From the NCBI GenBank assembly GCA_030770535.1, contig JASVEC010000001.1, forward strand, positions 1,240,001 to 1,304,000: a stretch of DNA of 64,000 nt, given 5' to 3'. Shown here piece after piece: positions 53,388-64,000 of the stretch. The position numbers were made by a program, and so were the translations under genes. Under the pieces are notes generated by a model. The model did no database searches. It worked only from the letters and a program-made list of their open reading frames with translations, and was not told the DNA's origin. The DNA is from Batkoa obscura. Lineage: Eukaryota. Position 1 is the stretch's first letter. The number at the start of each line of letters is the position of its first letter.

Positions 53388-54482
53388 TTAATTAAACCAT
53401 TTTCTAAGTCCCATAGCTACTGTACAAACTACAATAATAGTCGAACCGGAAATTGAATAAACATTAGGTATTTCATGAAATAAAAATATACCATAAAAAT
53501 AGGCCAATACCACATCTACATTTCTCATTAAAGTAGCCGGACCAGCACGACATAATTGAAGCCCTTTATTCAATAAACATTGACCTAAAATAGCCGTTAA
53601 TCCCACTAATAATAAACATAAAGTTGGCCAATTAAGTCCTAAACTAGTAGAAGGAAGTTCTGATTTTTGATGATCGGTTAATACCATAACACCTGAAAAG
53701 ATAGTACTAGCTAAACCAAAATAAACAACATGAGATAAAAAATGAACGGAGCGTCCAATTTTTCGAACAGTTACATAAGCACAGGCAGCAAATAAAGCCC
53801 CGATAAAGGCAGCAAGTACACCAATACTTTGTTCTGCTGGTGTAGGTAAATGATTTAAAAAAATAGCTATCGGTATTTCTTCTTTACCAAATAAAAAATT
53901 GGGTTTTGAAGTTAAAACTACCCCAATTAAACAAAAAAAACTAGCTAAACCATCAAACCAAGAATAATCTTCATTTAAGGTTAAATGAGCCAAAAGACCC
54001 GTAAACGCAGGACTAGTAAAAAAAATTACCGTAGCATCGGCTATCGGTAATACAGTTAAAGAATAATAATAAAGGGCTAAACCAATAGCACCAAAAAACC
54101 CTCTTAATAATAATAATAATCGATATCGTGGCTGTGAAAAAGGTTGTATTCCAACTAAATAACATAATATTATACCACCTAAACCTTGAATAATAGAACG
54201 TGCAAGTACAATTTGAGCTGCTGAAAAATAAGCACCACTCACTTTAACAAGTAAACCATTTAAAGAGAAACCAAATGCAGAAAGTAACATATATATAAGA
54301 CCTCGGAATTCATGTAAGTGGGGTGGATGAGTGAGGAGACTATTGGTTAAATTAATATTACTAGATTCCACTTCTACTGAGTTTTGTAAGGTGCCGTAAG
54401 TATTGGTGGAATATCTTTGAAGATAAGTATCTAAATGTTCTCCATTACCCTTTAAATTAATACGTGGGATTGAGGTGGCCAT
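53388..54482 (-). CDS. EamA/DMT family transporter (SLC35G-like), intronless
   Basis: LLLRGFFG, LPIADATVIFFTSPAFT, AYVTVRKIG, GLQLCRAGPATLM; about 10 transmembrane segments. Confidence 0.9.
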   Translation of the reverse strand: MATSIPRINLKGNGEHLDTYLQRYSTNTYGTLQNSVEVESSNINLTNSLLTHPPHLHEFRGLIYMLLSAFGFSLNGLLVKVSGAYFSAAQIVLARSIIQGLGGIILCYLVGIQPFSQPRYRLLLLLRGFFGAIGLALYYYSLTVLPIADATVIFFTSPAFTGLLAHLTLNEDYSWFDGLASFFCLIGVVLTSKPNFLFGKEEIPIAIFLNHLPTPAEQSIGVLAAFIGALFAACAYVTVRKIGRSVHFLSHVVYFGLASTIFSGVMVLTDHQKSELPSTSLGLNWPTLCLLLVGLTAILGQCLLNKGLQLCRAGPATLMRNVDVVLAYFYGIFLFHEIPNVYSISGSTIIVVCTVAMGLRKWFN

Positions 54483-54823
54483 GATTGTATTTTTATAAAT
54501 GTTTTAAGTAGAAATGAAGTGAAGAGATGAATTTTTTAATCTATTTTATATTTTTTGATCAAGTTATGGTTTTATTTTTAAATCGAGTATTTTTAGTTTA
54601 GTTGCAATTTATTACTGCGGGTTTTTTAAATGATGGTAAAATACTTTTAATGACTCAGTTAATGATTTCAATATCTACAAAATAGCAATTTAATGTGAAC
54701 TTTATAAAAGAGTTTTGATATAGTAAAGTGAAATGAATTTTGGAGGTTTTCTTTTTCTATTTTTTTAATAAAGAGATTATTAATCAAATTAATTAATATG
54801 GACTAATAATACAATTCAGTTAA

Positions 54824-54950
<127 letters not shown>

Positions 54951-55773
54951 GTAATGTCAAATTCGATCAATTACTATTTTTTCAATCGAAAATAATCCCA
55001 TAGAAAAATCCAAAATTCCCATTAGTAAATACTCCAATTTCAAAACTTTAAACAGTTTAGTTTTTTATTTCTAATAGTAATATTTTTCTCATCAAATAAA
55101 ACCAAATTGAATTTAAAAGAATATATATATATAAGAGTAATGAGGAAAATAGAAAGTATACATTCTGGATTGAAAGTAAACTGATTTGATTAATTTAATT
55201 AATAAAAGTTATCGCTTATATTTATTAAAGTATTAAAAATGATGTTTTATTGAACAGAGATCCTATATATTCTTTTATTTATATATATTCAATACTTTTT
55301 AAAATTTAGGTTTTGAAGATAGAATATATTATTATTAGAATAATAAAATAAATAAATAATTTATAATATAGAATTTTATATTATAAATTGACCAAATGAA
55401 GAAATTTATTATTATTTGCTTGATAAATGAAATAACCTAAGTAAATTGATATGAAAAATAACAGTTAAATTAATATGGTTTTTGATAATAATATTGAACC
55501 TTCAGTTTTTATTGTTTAATTATTTTTTATTAATTTATTTTGGGTTAATAAATGATAGCTTATAGAATGTCTTAGTTTTCAATCTGATGGTCAAAATATA
55601 TAAATAAAATAATAATTTAAAATTATTTATAGTTTGGAATTTGTTATTATTTATGCTAGTATTATTATTTGCTTCATTTAATTGTTTATTAATAGAAATA
55701 AAAACAATTAATAATATATAACTTAAAATTAAATTAAACAATTATTTCAAAACAAACTATAAATCTTTTTTAT

Positions 55774-57076
55774 TTAATTTGGAGGTTGATAAGGAGTGAC
55801 CAACATTTCTGAAAATTCCAATAATGCTTTTGGACCACGTACTTCATTTGTAAGTAATGGTAATGTAACAATATGAAAATCATCATAAAGTTCATAAATT
55901 TGTTCCAAATATTTTTGTTGCATTTTATATCGAATTCGACATTGTTCACAATTGGAATCTGGGCCTGGAAATAATAATTGATTAACTACAATATTATGAG
56001 TATCAATTTCTTGAGCTGTTAACTCTTGAATCATTCGTTCTGTTTCATATAATGATAAAAATTCCGATATACATACACATACAAAGGTTGCTAAATCCTA
56101 ATATTAAAGTTGAAATATATCCGTGTTTTATAATACATAAAATACTTACTGGTGATTTTAATTGCTTACTAATACCTGAAATACTATCTTGAAGTCCTTT
56201 TAATTTATCAAAAAATTGATCTGGAGAAGCACCTTCTGGCATACTTGAAGACATCTAAACAAAAACAACAATTAATTTCCCTTTATGTAATAAATTGCAA
56301 TTCTGCTTACTGTACTAAGATAAGGACTTAATTGATTTTGAAACCCAGCTAGTTTTTCCAAAACTTTACTAATAGTGGTTGGTAATTGTAAAAATCTTAA
56401 TGTATGTCCAGTTGGAGCAGTATCAAATACTACACAAGAATAATCTTTTGATTTGGTTAATTCAGCTATTTCACGTAAAGAAGCAGCTTCATCAATTCCT
56501 GGTAATGTTTTTAATACATCGGCTATAAAATCTCCAAAGATATTGCCATCACCTAGAATTGAGAATTAGTTACAATTTAATTATTGAGTTTAGAATATAA
56601 TAAGCTTACTATTTTTAAATAATTCTCGAGTTGTTGAAGTTGGATCGATTTCCTATTGTTTTTTAATTTTAATAAGTATTCTAAATTAAATCAGATTTTC
56701 TTACCATAGCATATAAGTTATCAAAACCTTTAATTAAAGTAGGTTCTTTATTAATCTTTTGACTAAAAGCATCTGATAAATTATGAGCTGGATCGGTGGA
56801 GATCAATAATACACTTTTTCTAACTTTAGATAATTGAACAGCTAAAGAACAACTATAAAAAAAGCAATGAGTAAATTAATCAGTCCCTTTTCTTGCTCTC
56901 TTCTAAATTTTAATTTGGAATCAAACTTCAACTTACCTAGTAGTCGTCTTTCCAACACCACCTTTTCCACCAACAAATACCCATTTTAAAGAAGTTTGTT
57001 CCAATATATTACGTAAGGAACCTTCTAAAGGTTCAAATTCTCCTTCATGGTCACTTAAATCGGATAAGTCAGACAT
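55774..57076 (-). CDS. GET3: Get3/ASNA1 tail-anchored protein targeting ATPase, multi-exon
   Basis: [39 protein letters not shown], CxxC (CEQC), EVRG. Confidence 0.96.
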
Positions 57077-57661
57077 ACTTGATTTTTTCAAATTCAAAAT
57101 TAGTGAGTTGTTCAATATTTTTTTCTAAGCTATAAATTGATGATTTTTTTTAAATGGCCAATTAAATTACGATGTGGATTCATTAATTTTGCTAAGAGTT
57201 TGGAGAGTTTTTATGAAGTGAGAGTTTTAACAGTTGAGAGGTTTCGATTGTTGAAATATTAAGTTTCAATCTATAATTCTTTTGATCAGAAATTTAGTTT
57301 TTTTGTACTAATTAATGAATTCAACAATAGCAATTATTTTTAAAATAATTTTATTTTGAAATTTATAAAAACTCAACAATTTATTCCAATATGAAAACTA
57401 CAAATAATTGTAAAGATAACATGAAAGCGCTACATTGACTTATTTATATAGAATTCTAATCCCTAAAAACACTTCCATTTCATTAACCTATCAATCTAAT
57501 GTACTGCATACAACTAATTCATTCAACCTCATCCTTCACTACAAAAATTTATGGGATTCTTAATTACAAATAACCGATGTTGATTGGTCCTAAAAATTTA
57601 TTCAGAAAAATAGAACTGTAAATTTGGAATTTCGATTTTGGTAGCAACTTAGATTCTTAAC

Positions 57662-59435
57662 ATGCCACCAGCACAAGGATTAGCACAATTAATAACCACA
57701 TTAACCTCAGAGCCTGAGAAGTATTTAACCTCAAATGATAAACTTTCAAAAGAAGCTTTAAATTTAACAAATCAATTGTATACTTTAGGTAAATACTTTA
57801 AATGTTAATTTCTTTCTCTAACCCATTATTTATCCATAAAACTAACATTCAATTTCCCTCTATATAGCCAAAGAGCATGATTTAAGCTATAATTTAACTG
57901 AAGTCTCTAGAGAATCTGATAGTATCAACTATGGACTTGAAAAGATTGTATCTAAAGGTTTTGATCCTGATCAAATCTGGCAACAATTACAATTAAGAAA
58001 TCAACCTTTTATTGAACAACACGCAATACCATTGATTCAAAATTTATTAGGAGAAGCGGATGGGTCTGAAGAAGAGGAAGATAGTGAAGAGAACAGTGAA
58101 GAAGGGAGTGAGCTAACTGAAGAGAGCGAAGAAGAAGAGGTTTCGGATAGTATTGGAGAAAAAGAAGAAGAAGATATGGATATGGATATGGAGGATACAG
58201 AAGAAGAAGGAATAGAGGGAGAGTTAGATGAAGAAAATATGGAGGATGAAATTGAAGAAGAAGAAGAAGAAGAAGAAGAAGAATTAGAATCTAAAACTAA
58301 TGAAGAAGAATATGAAAAAACAGAGGTAGATGATGAGTTTTTTTCGTTAAATAAAATGCATAAATTAATTGAGGATGCCGAAGAAAAAGAAATGAATCAA
58401 GAAGAAGAAGAAGAGTCCGAAGACGATGATGAAGATGAAATTGATTATTTTCAAGATCCTGGAGAGTTAGATTCGGATGATGAAATAGCTGCTGAAGAAA
58501 TGAAGTATTCCGATTTTTTTGAACAACCTAAAAATAATAATAAAGAAACAAAGAAGCGCAAAGTTAGATTTGCCGACTTGGAAAATGAAGAAGAAGAAGA
58601 AGAGAATCAAAAAGGACCATTACAATTGCTTGAGGATGAGGATGAAGAAGATGGTAATGAACTTAGTAAATTTGAACAAAAGCAAGCGAAACTTTCCAAA
58701 GTCATTGAAGATTTAGAAAACGAAAATGTAGATGTTAAACCATGGACCTTAATGGGAGAAACTAGTGGTAAAAGTCGACCATTTAATTCGTTATTAGAAG
58801 AAGAATTGGAATTTGATCATGCTTCTAAACCAGTACCAGTAATTACAGTTGAAGTCACTCAAAGTTTAGAAGATTTAATCAAACAAAGGGTTGCGGATAG
58901 TAAATTTGATAATGTAGAACCAGCAGCTAAAATTGTTAAGAAATTAAAGTATTCAGAAGATTTTGAATTAGATATGGAGAAATCGAAAAAATCTTTGGCT
59001 CAAATTTATGAAGATGATTATGTGAATGCAACCCAAAAGAAAGACAAAAAAGAATTACCAGCTGATGTAGTTGAATCCCATCAAGAAATTGATCGTTTAT
59101 TATCCTCCTTATTTACTAAATTAGATGCCTTAGCTAATTCTCATTATGTACCTAAAATGCCTAAATTGGAAGTTCAAGTTATTAAAGATATACCAGCCAT
59201 TGCTATTGAAGAAGCTATTCCAGTGGCAGTATCTAATGCTGCTCTCTTAGCTCCAGAAGAAGTGTTTGGTCAAGACACTCATGGGCAAGCTGGAGTGGTG
59301 CAAAATAAGGAGGAGTTGTCTCAAGAAGAAAGAAAAAGAATTCGTAATAGAAAGAAAAGATTGGCTAAACTTCGATCCAAAAATCAATCTAAAGCAAATG
59401 AAGAGGATAGCAATGTGGTGGAAAGTAAATCTTAA
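57662..59435 (+). CDS. MPP10: U3 snoRNP protein Mpp10 (one intron, ~57789-57867)
   Basis: FDPDQIWQQLQLRN; acidic tract; KPWTLMGE..RPFNSLLEEELEF; LDALANSHY.PK; LAPEEV. Confidence 0.93.
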
Positions 59436-59949
59436 AAAGTGGGTTGAGTTCTTTTTAAATAGATAGGTTTTATGTATGAGGATTGGAGTTTTGAAATTTA
59501 ATAGAATTTTATATTTTGATTGGAATGTAACTTTTTTAATTTTATCTTGTTTTATTAAGTTTTAGTTTTCAATTATTTTTAAATAAGCTTAGCTAATAGT
59601 AGTATACATCTTATCAAATGTAATTAAATATAGAGATGGTTTATGTACTATTATGTAACTAAATTATAAATTATAAATTATAAATTACACTGTATATTTT
59701 ATTACTGATATAAAAATAGTTTAATAATTTAACATTATTTTAATAAATTACTTTAGAACTAAATATAGGTCAAGAAACAAATGGAGTAAATATAATAATC
59801 AACTTGAAAACTATAAATAGCCTGTATTTTAAAAAACTATTGTACAATACCTTCACCTTATAACGAATTTCTTTCAATAATTCAGTATAGGTTAAAAAGG
59901 TCATCAAGTGAGTTTATTTCTATAAATGCTCAAAATAAAAAGAATAAAT

Positions 59950-60047
59950 GAGGGTGTTTTTTTGGTTTCATTATTTTTTCCATTTTTTAAGCGCTATTTG
60001 AGTGGAAAGATTGTTAGTAAAATCCTTAAACACAAAAATACATCCCC
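59950..60047 (+). mobile_element. Sola-like MITE copy 11
   Basis: GAGGGTGT...ACATCCCC with perfect TSD AAAT/AAAT. Confidence 0.92.
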
Positions 60048-60699
60048 AAATATTATATAAATAACATAGAATTTCTACAAACAAAAACAAAAGCTCCAAA
60101 TAATAATTTCATAGTAATCTTTTTCCGACTTAGAAAAATCCAGACCTCAACTTTAATAATAACATTCAGTTCAGATTCAAACTGAAGCCTTCAGCTAGAA
60201 ACCAATATTTTATATTCTATAATCCAACTATAGAAGCTTCTTTATACAGTTTAAAAACCCAAGTAATATTATAAATTAAAATAATTGCGGTCTAAAGGTC
60301 AAATCAAATACTTAGCTCTACTAAAGTAGGTCCCATACTTTATTTTAACCAAACATTTCCAAAAATTCGAAATAGTAAAATTGAAATTCAATTCTTTTGT
60401 GTATAAGAACATTTTGGGATTTAGATAGTGTATTTTTTAAAAATTAGAAAGTTTTTGATTTTTGTGAAAGTAGAATATTTGGAAAATCAATGAATTTCGA
60501 AGAACTTGAATTCGATTGTTTATTGTATTGTTTCATAAATTTTAAGAATTTCTTATTCCTTGAAACTTAATACCTTTTCCTTTTATTAGTGTGCTTTATA
60601 GTTAATCCAATTCTTTGCTTAAAAAAATAAAAAGGTTCTTGATTGCAACATCAAGTGTCTTTTATAGGTAAAAACAAAGGATAATCTCATCTAAAGGTT

Positions 60700-61300
60700 A
60701 ACTCATGTTGCAATCCGATATCTTCACCAACAATCTTCATCAAAAAAACCAGTCATAAAAGTCGTAATAATTCGATAGTAGCAATTAGTGCGCTTTTTTG
60801 ATAAGAAACAGAGGTGATTGTATTTTTAGCTTTTTATTTTAAGTTGTAATATTATTGTAAATATTCAAGCTGAAGAGTCTAACAATTTTTTATAATTATA
60901 ACAAATTGCTTGGAAAATTATTTAATAAATGGTCATTAGATGATATAAACATTTCAATAATCACTAATTCTTTCGAATTTTCTAAAAATTCATTTAGTCA
61001 AATTGATTGTATCTGAATTTTGTTTAGAATGACTTTAATTTACTGTATACAACTGTTGCAGCTCTTTTATGAAACAACTAGCGGTGATTTTTAAAGGTAA
61101 AGGATATGCACAACTGATATTTTTGTTGCATAATTTACTATTTTAGCCAAATTTCAGTATAACTTACTCTTAAGTGAGCCATTAAATATTTCGTAAAAGA
61201 GCTCTAATAGATGTACACTTTTATGAAATCCAAATTACTATAAATATAAACCATGATATTTAACATCTAAGATCATCTCAATAAAATTTCTAACTTCTGA
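60700..61300 (-). mobile_element. Possible highly decayed retroelement integrase relic
   Basis: Stop-riddled frames KFY*DDLR, CAYPLPLKITA..FIKELQQLY, QNSD..LTK.IFRKF, LYHLMT and KNT..S..KS loosely follow the order of rve integrase motifs. Confidence 0.25.
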
Positions 61301-62680
61301 TTGAAATTGAACGATCAACAGAAAATTCGAAAACCACTTAGATGGATGTTTGAAACTAAGATTAAAGCTTCATGTCTTTATTTTCAAAATGAAACCGTTC
61401 GAAAATAGTACAAAATAGAAATGATTAAAACATTGTGTACAATTAATAAGAAATTTTAAAAATATTCTAAATTAGAATAAATATAATATTCTATATAATA
61501 TTGCTAATAAACATTACTTAACATCTATCACTTTATAATGATAGGCAGTATATTTTATATCGAAACTATCAAACTGGTTTATATAAACGAACTAAAGCTT
61601 TTATATTAATACCAAGCTTCAGATCTGATGTTTCTTAAATTTAAATAAATTATACAATAACAAGTGTAACAGCTAAATAGAAACCTCTATTTAGCTATTT
61701 ATCCTTTTAAATATGAGTTTCTATTGAGAACGTTAGCTATATCATAACATTAAATCGAATAAAAAATATTATGTGAAACGTAAGTAGGCATTGTTGAAAC
61801 AACTATATACAGATATTTTATTTCATTTCATTTTATGTAATTTCTTGTAAAAGTAAGGGGAGAAGATAATTTTTAAACGATAGAAAGTTTACGCGTTTTT
61901 AACAAAAGAAACTTGAAAGAGGAATAGAGACCTCTAAGTATAACTTTACGCTTCCTTGTAAGTGTAATTTAACTTTAAATATATTAATCTGTATAATTAA
62001 GTACTCAAATGATTTATAACTTGATTAATATAATAAAATATACTTTAAAAACTTGAAAATTTTCCCACTTGATCTCAATCTTTTAACCGAGTTTATAAGT
62101 TTATTAACTATTATTATATATTGGTATATATTGGTATATAATAAATAAATGTTAATTTATCCACAACAATCTGTTTTTAATTTCTAAGCTTATTTATTAT
62201 ATAGTACAATAATTGATTATACAAATACATTACTAACTTCTAAACACAAACTAAAAAGTACGGTTTATTAGTAATCGAATCTGTTTAGTGATAAATAAAT
62301 GTTCTACCAAACTTTAATTGTGATTTTAATATCCTTTGATAACCTTGATTTATTGAGCAACAGTTGCTTTCTTTTTTCTATTTAGAATTGCTTTAACACT
62401 TTGGATTTGCTAACTGAGATTCAATAACCCCATAATCAATTACAATTTAACAGTAGGTACGAATGAATATTTCTTAATTCATAATTTGTAGGCCAATTAA
62501 AAAGTTGCCTGAAAAGTGTATAAAATGAAGACAAAATAACTTAATCACATTTAAAAAATTTCAAATTTTTAATTAATTTCAATTAACGATTGCTTTCATC
62601 AAATTTATTAAAACGCATTTTTCTCCACATCAACAATCTCGATTAATTTATATGAACTTTAGTTCATTTATTATATTTCA

Positions 62681-63703
62681 ATGTCAATCACTCAATTTTT
62701 AGAATCTAAAAGATTAGTAGCTTACAATGAAGCATACTTCAACTACTCATTAATAGATGAAGCCTTAAACAATTTATATGTCATTGAAAGAGAGAAAGCA
62801 TATGGTTTTAACTTCACAATAAAACATCCAAGTGAAACTGGGGATAAATATGAAGTTATACCGGCTATTTCAAATCAATCATTTAAAGATGAATATCAAA
62901 GTTTTCTCAACTTATTACAATGTGAATTAAACAGAGTCGATAGTTGTTTACAGTATTTAATTGATCAAATTAAAGTGGAATTAAACAATTTAAAACAAGA
63001 ATACGTAACTACTAACTCTTCTTACTATTTTACTTTCAATCAGTTTTGGACTGCAACTGTTAACAACTGGTTTGGAGAAGAAGAGAGTGGGTTCGATGAG
63101 TCTAGAGGAACTATCAAACAAAAAATAAAATCGATCGAAAAGCAATTAAGAATTATTAAAGATGACTTGATACCACTTAATAAGTTTGCGCTTTCCAAAA
63201 TACTTAAAAAGAAAGCTAATTTAGTTGAAAAGTCACATTATAGCCATCTTTTACTTGAAGTAGAAACTGGCATTGAGTTAGAGCCTCCTGCATCCCTCTT
63301 TCCTATTATGGGCAAAAATAATCGCTGGAATTTCAGCTCTGACTCTATTGAGTGTGAACATAAAATCGGTTGCTTTAAATCATTCCAAAATTATCAAATA
63401 CAAAAACCTTCTCTAAACGAGCTTTTAAACAAAAATCGTAACTTTTTATCCAAAAGTATACAAAATCCAACGACCCAAGAGCTTTTTCATTCAAGTCCTT
63501 TGTCCTTAGGAAGCAGTAGTAGCTCCTTCTCAGATTCTTCAATATCGTCCACTTTCAGTAACGATGATATTGTAAGAAACAGTAGCTTTTGGCATTTTTT
63601 ACCAAAACAAGTTGGCATGTTACTACTTGAAATTAAAACGATCAAAAAATCGTTTTGTTGTACAGAAACTAGAAATCGTTTAATAAGAGACGTACCCTAC
63701 TAA
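62681..63703 (+). CDS. Stand-alone degenerate SPX-domain protein (intronless, 340 aa)
   Basis: MSITQFLESK..AYNEAYFNY resembles SPX helix 1/2; FLNLLQCELNRVD and LNKFALSKILKK resemble ELxKV and LNxxGFxKILKK; Ser-rich tail; no transmembrane or RING domain seen. Confidence 0.65.
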   Translation: MSITQFLESKRLVAYNEAYFNYSLIDEALNNLYVIEREKAYGFNFTIKHPSETGDKYEVIPAISNQSFKDEYQSFLNLLQCELNRVDSCLQYLIDQIKVELNNLKQEYVTTNSSYYFTFNQFWTATVNNWFGEEESGFDESRGTIKQKIKSIEKQLRIIKDDLIPLNKFALSKILKKKANLVEKSHYSHLLLEVETGIELEPPASLFPIMGKNNRWNFSSDSIECEHKIGCFKSFQNYQIQKPSLNELLNKNRNFLSKSIQNPTTQELFHSSPLSLGSSSSSFSDSSISSTFSNDDIVRNSSFWHFLPKQVGMLLLEIKTIKKSFCCTETRNRLIRDVPY

Positions 63704-64000
63704 CCACCTTTATTATCTATCTATCTAATAAATTATTTAAATCTTATGATTACTTATTCTTTTAAATCTAGAACTTTTTAAACTGCATTATGTTTTTTTT
63801 AGTATGGTTCATTTTGCTTTTACAATTTTAAAACTTGTCTGAGGTTATAATGTGTATAAAATAAAAGTGCGTAATGATTGCAAGTAGTGTATAATTTTAA
63901 AATATTATAAACGTACACTGGAGTTATAATTTGATATACTTATTTATATACTTATTTATATAAAGGTATTTATTCACTATACGAACAATTTAATAATCAC

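Noticed and set aside
59400..59500. Missing or spliced C-terminal tail of Mpp10
   Set aside because: No convincing extra exon found; the tail is poorly conserved, so truncation cannot be claimed.

Overview
Very AT-rich eukaryotic DNA with short GT-AG introns. It looks like an early-diverging fungus (Zoopagomycota/Entomophthorales-like); this is an inference from composition, intron style and gene content. Intron-rich genes: SMC5 (partial), HRD3/SEL1, a MAIP1/Tim44-like gene, PSR1, RPN6, an aldo-keto reductase, RCL1, an INO80E-like gene, CCT3 and GET3, plus MPP10 with one intron. Intronless genes: a cytochrome P450, a WrbA/PST2 quinone reductase, two UNC-93-like MFS paralogs, phenylalanine hydroxylase, an EamA transporter and a degenerate SPX protein. 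Features the ORF track misses: a near-identical tandem pair of secreted I78/potato-I-type protease inhibitor genes, two Opy2-like paralogs (first exons only in the track), two identical tRNA-Thr(AGT) genes, a candidate box C/D snoRNA and several hairpins. Mobile DNA is abundant. The clearest unexpected signal is a ~99-bp MITE family with at least 11 copies, GRG...CYC termini and 4-bp AWWT-type target-site duplications, which are Sola-superfamily hallmarks. One copy sits in a coding exon and one has been hit by a solo LTR near a tRNA gene. All alignments and base pairings were done by eye; no database searches were run.
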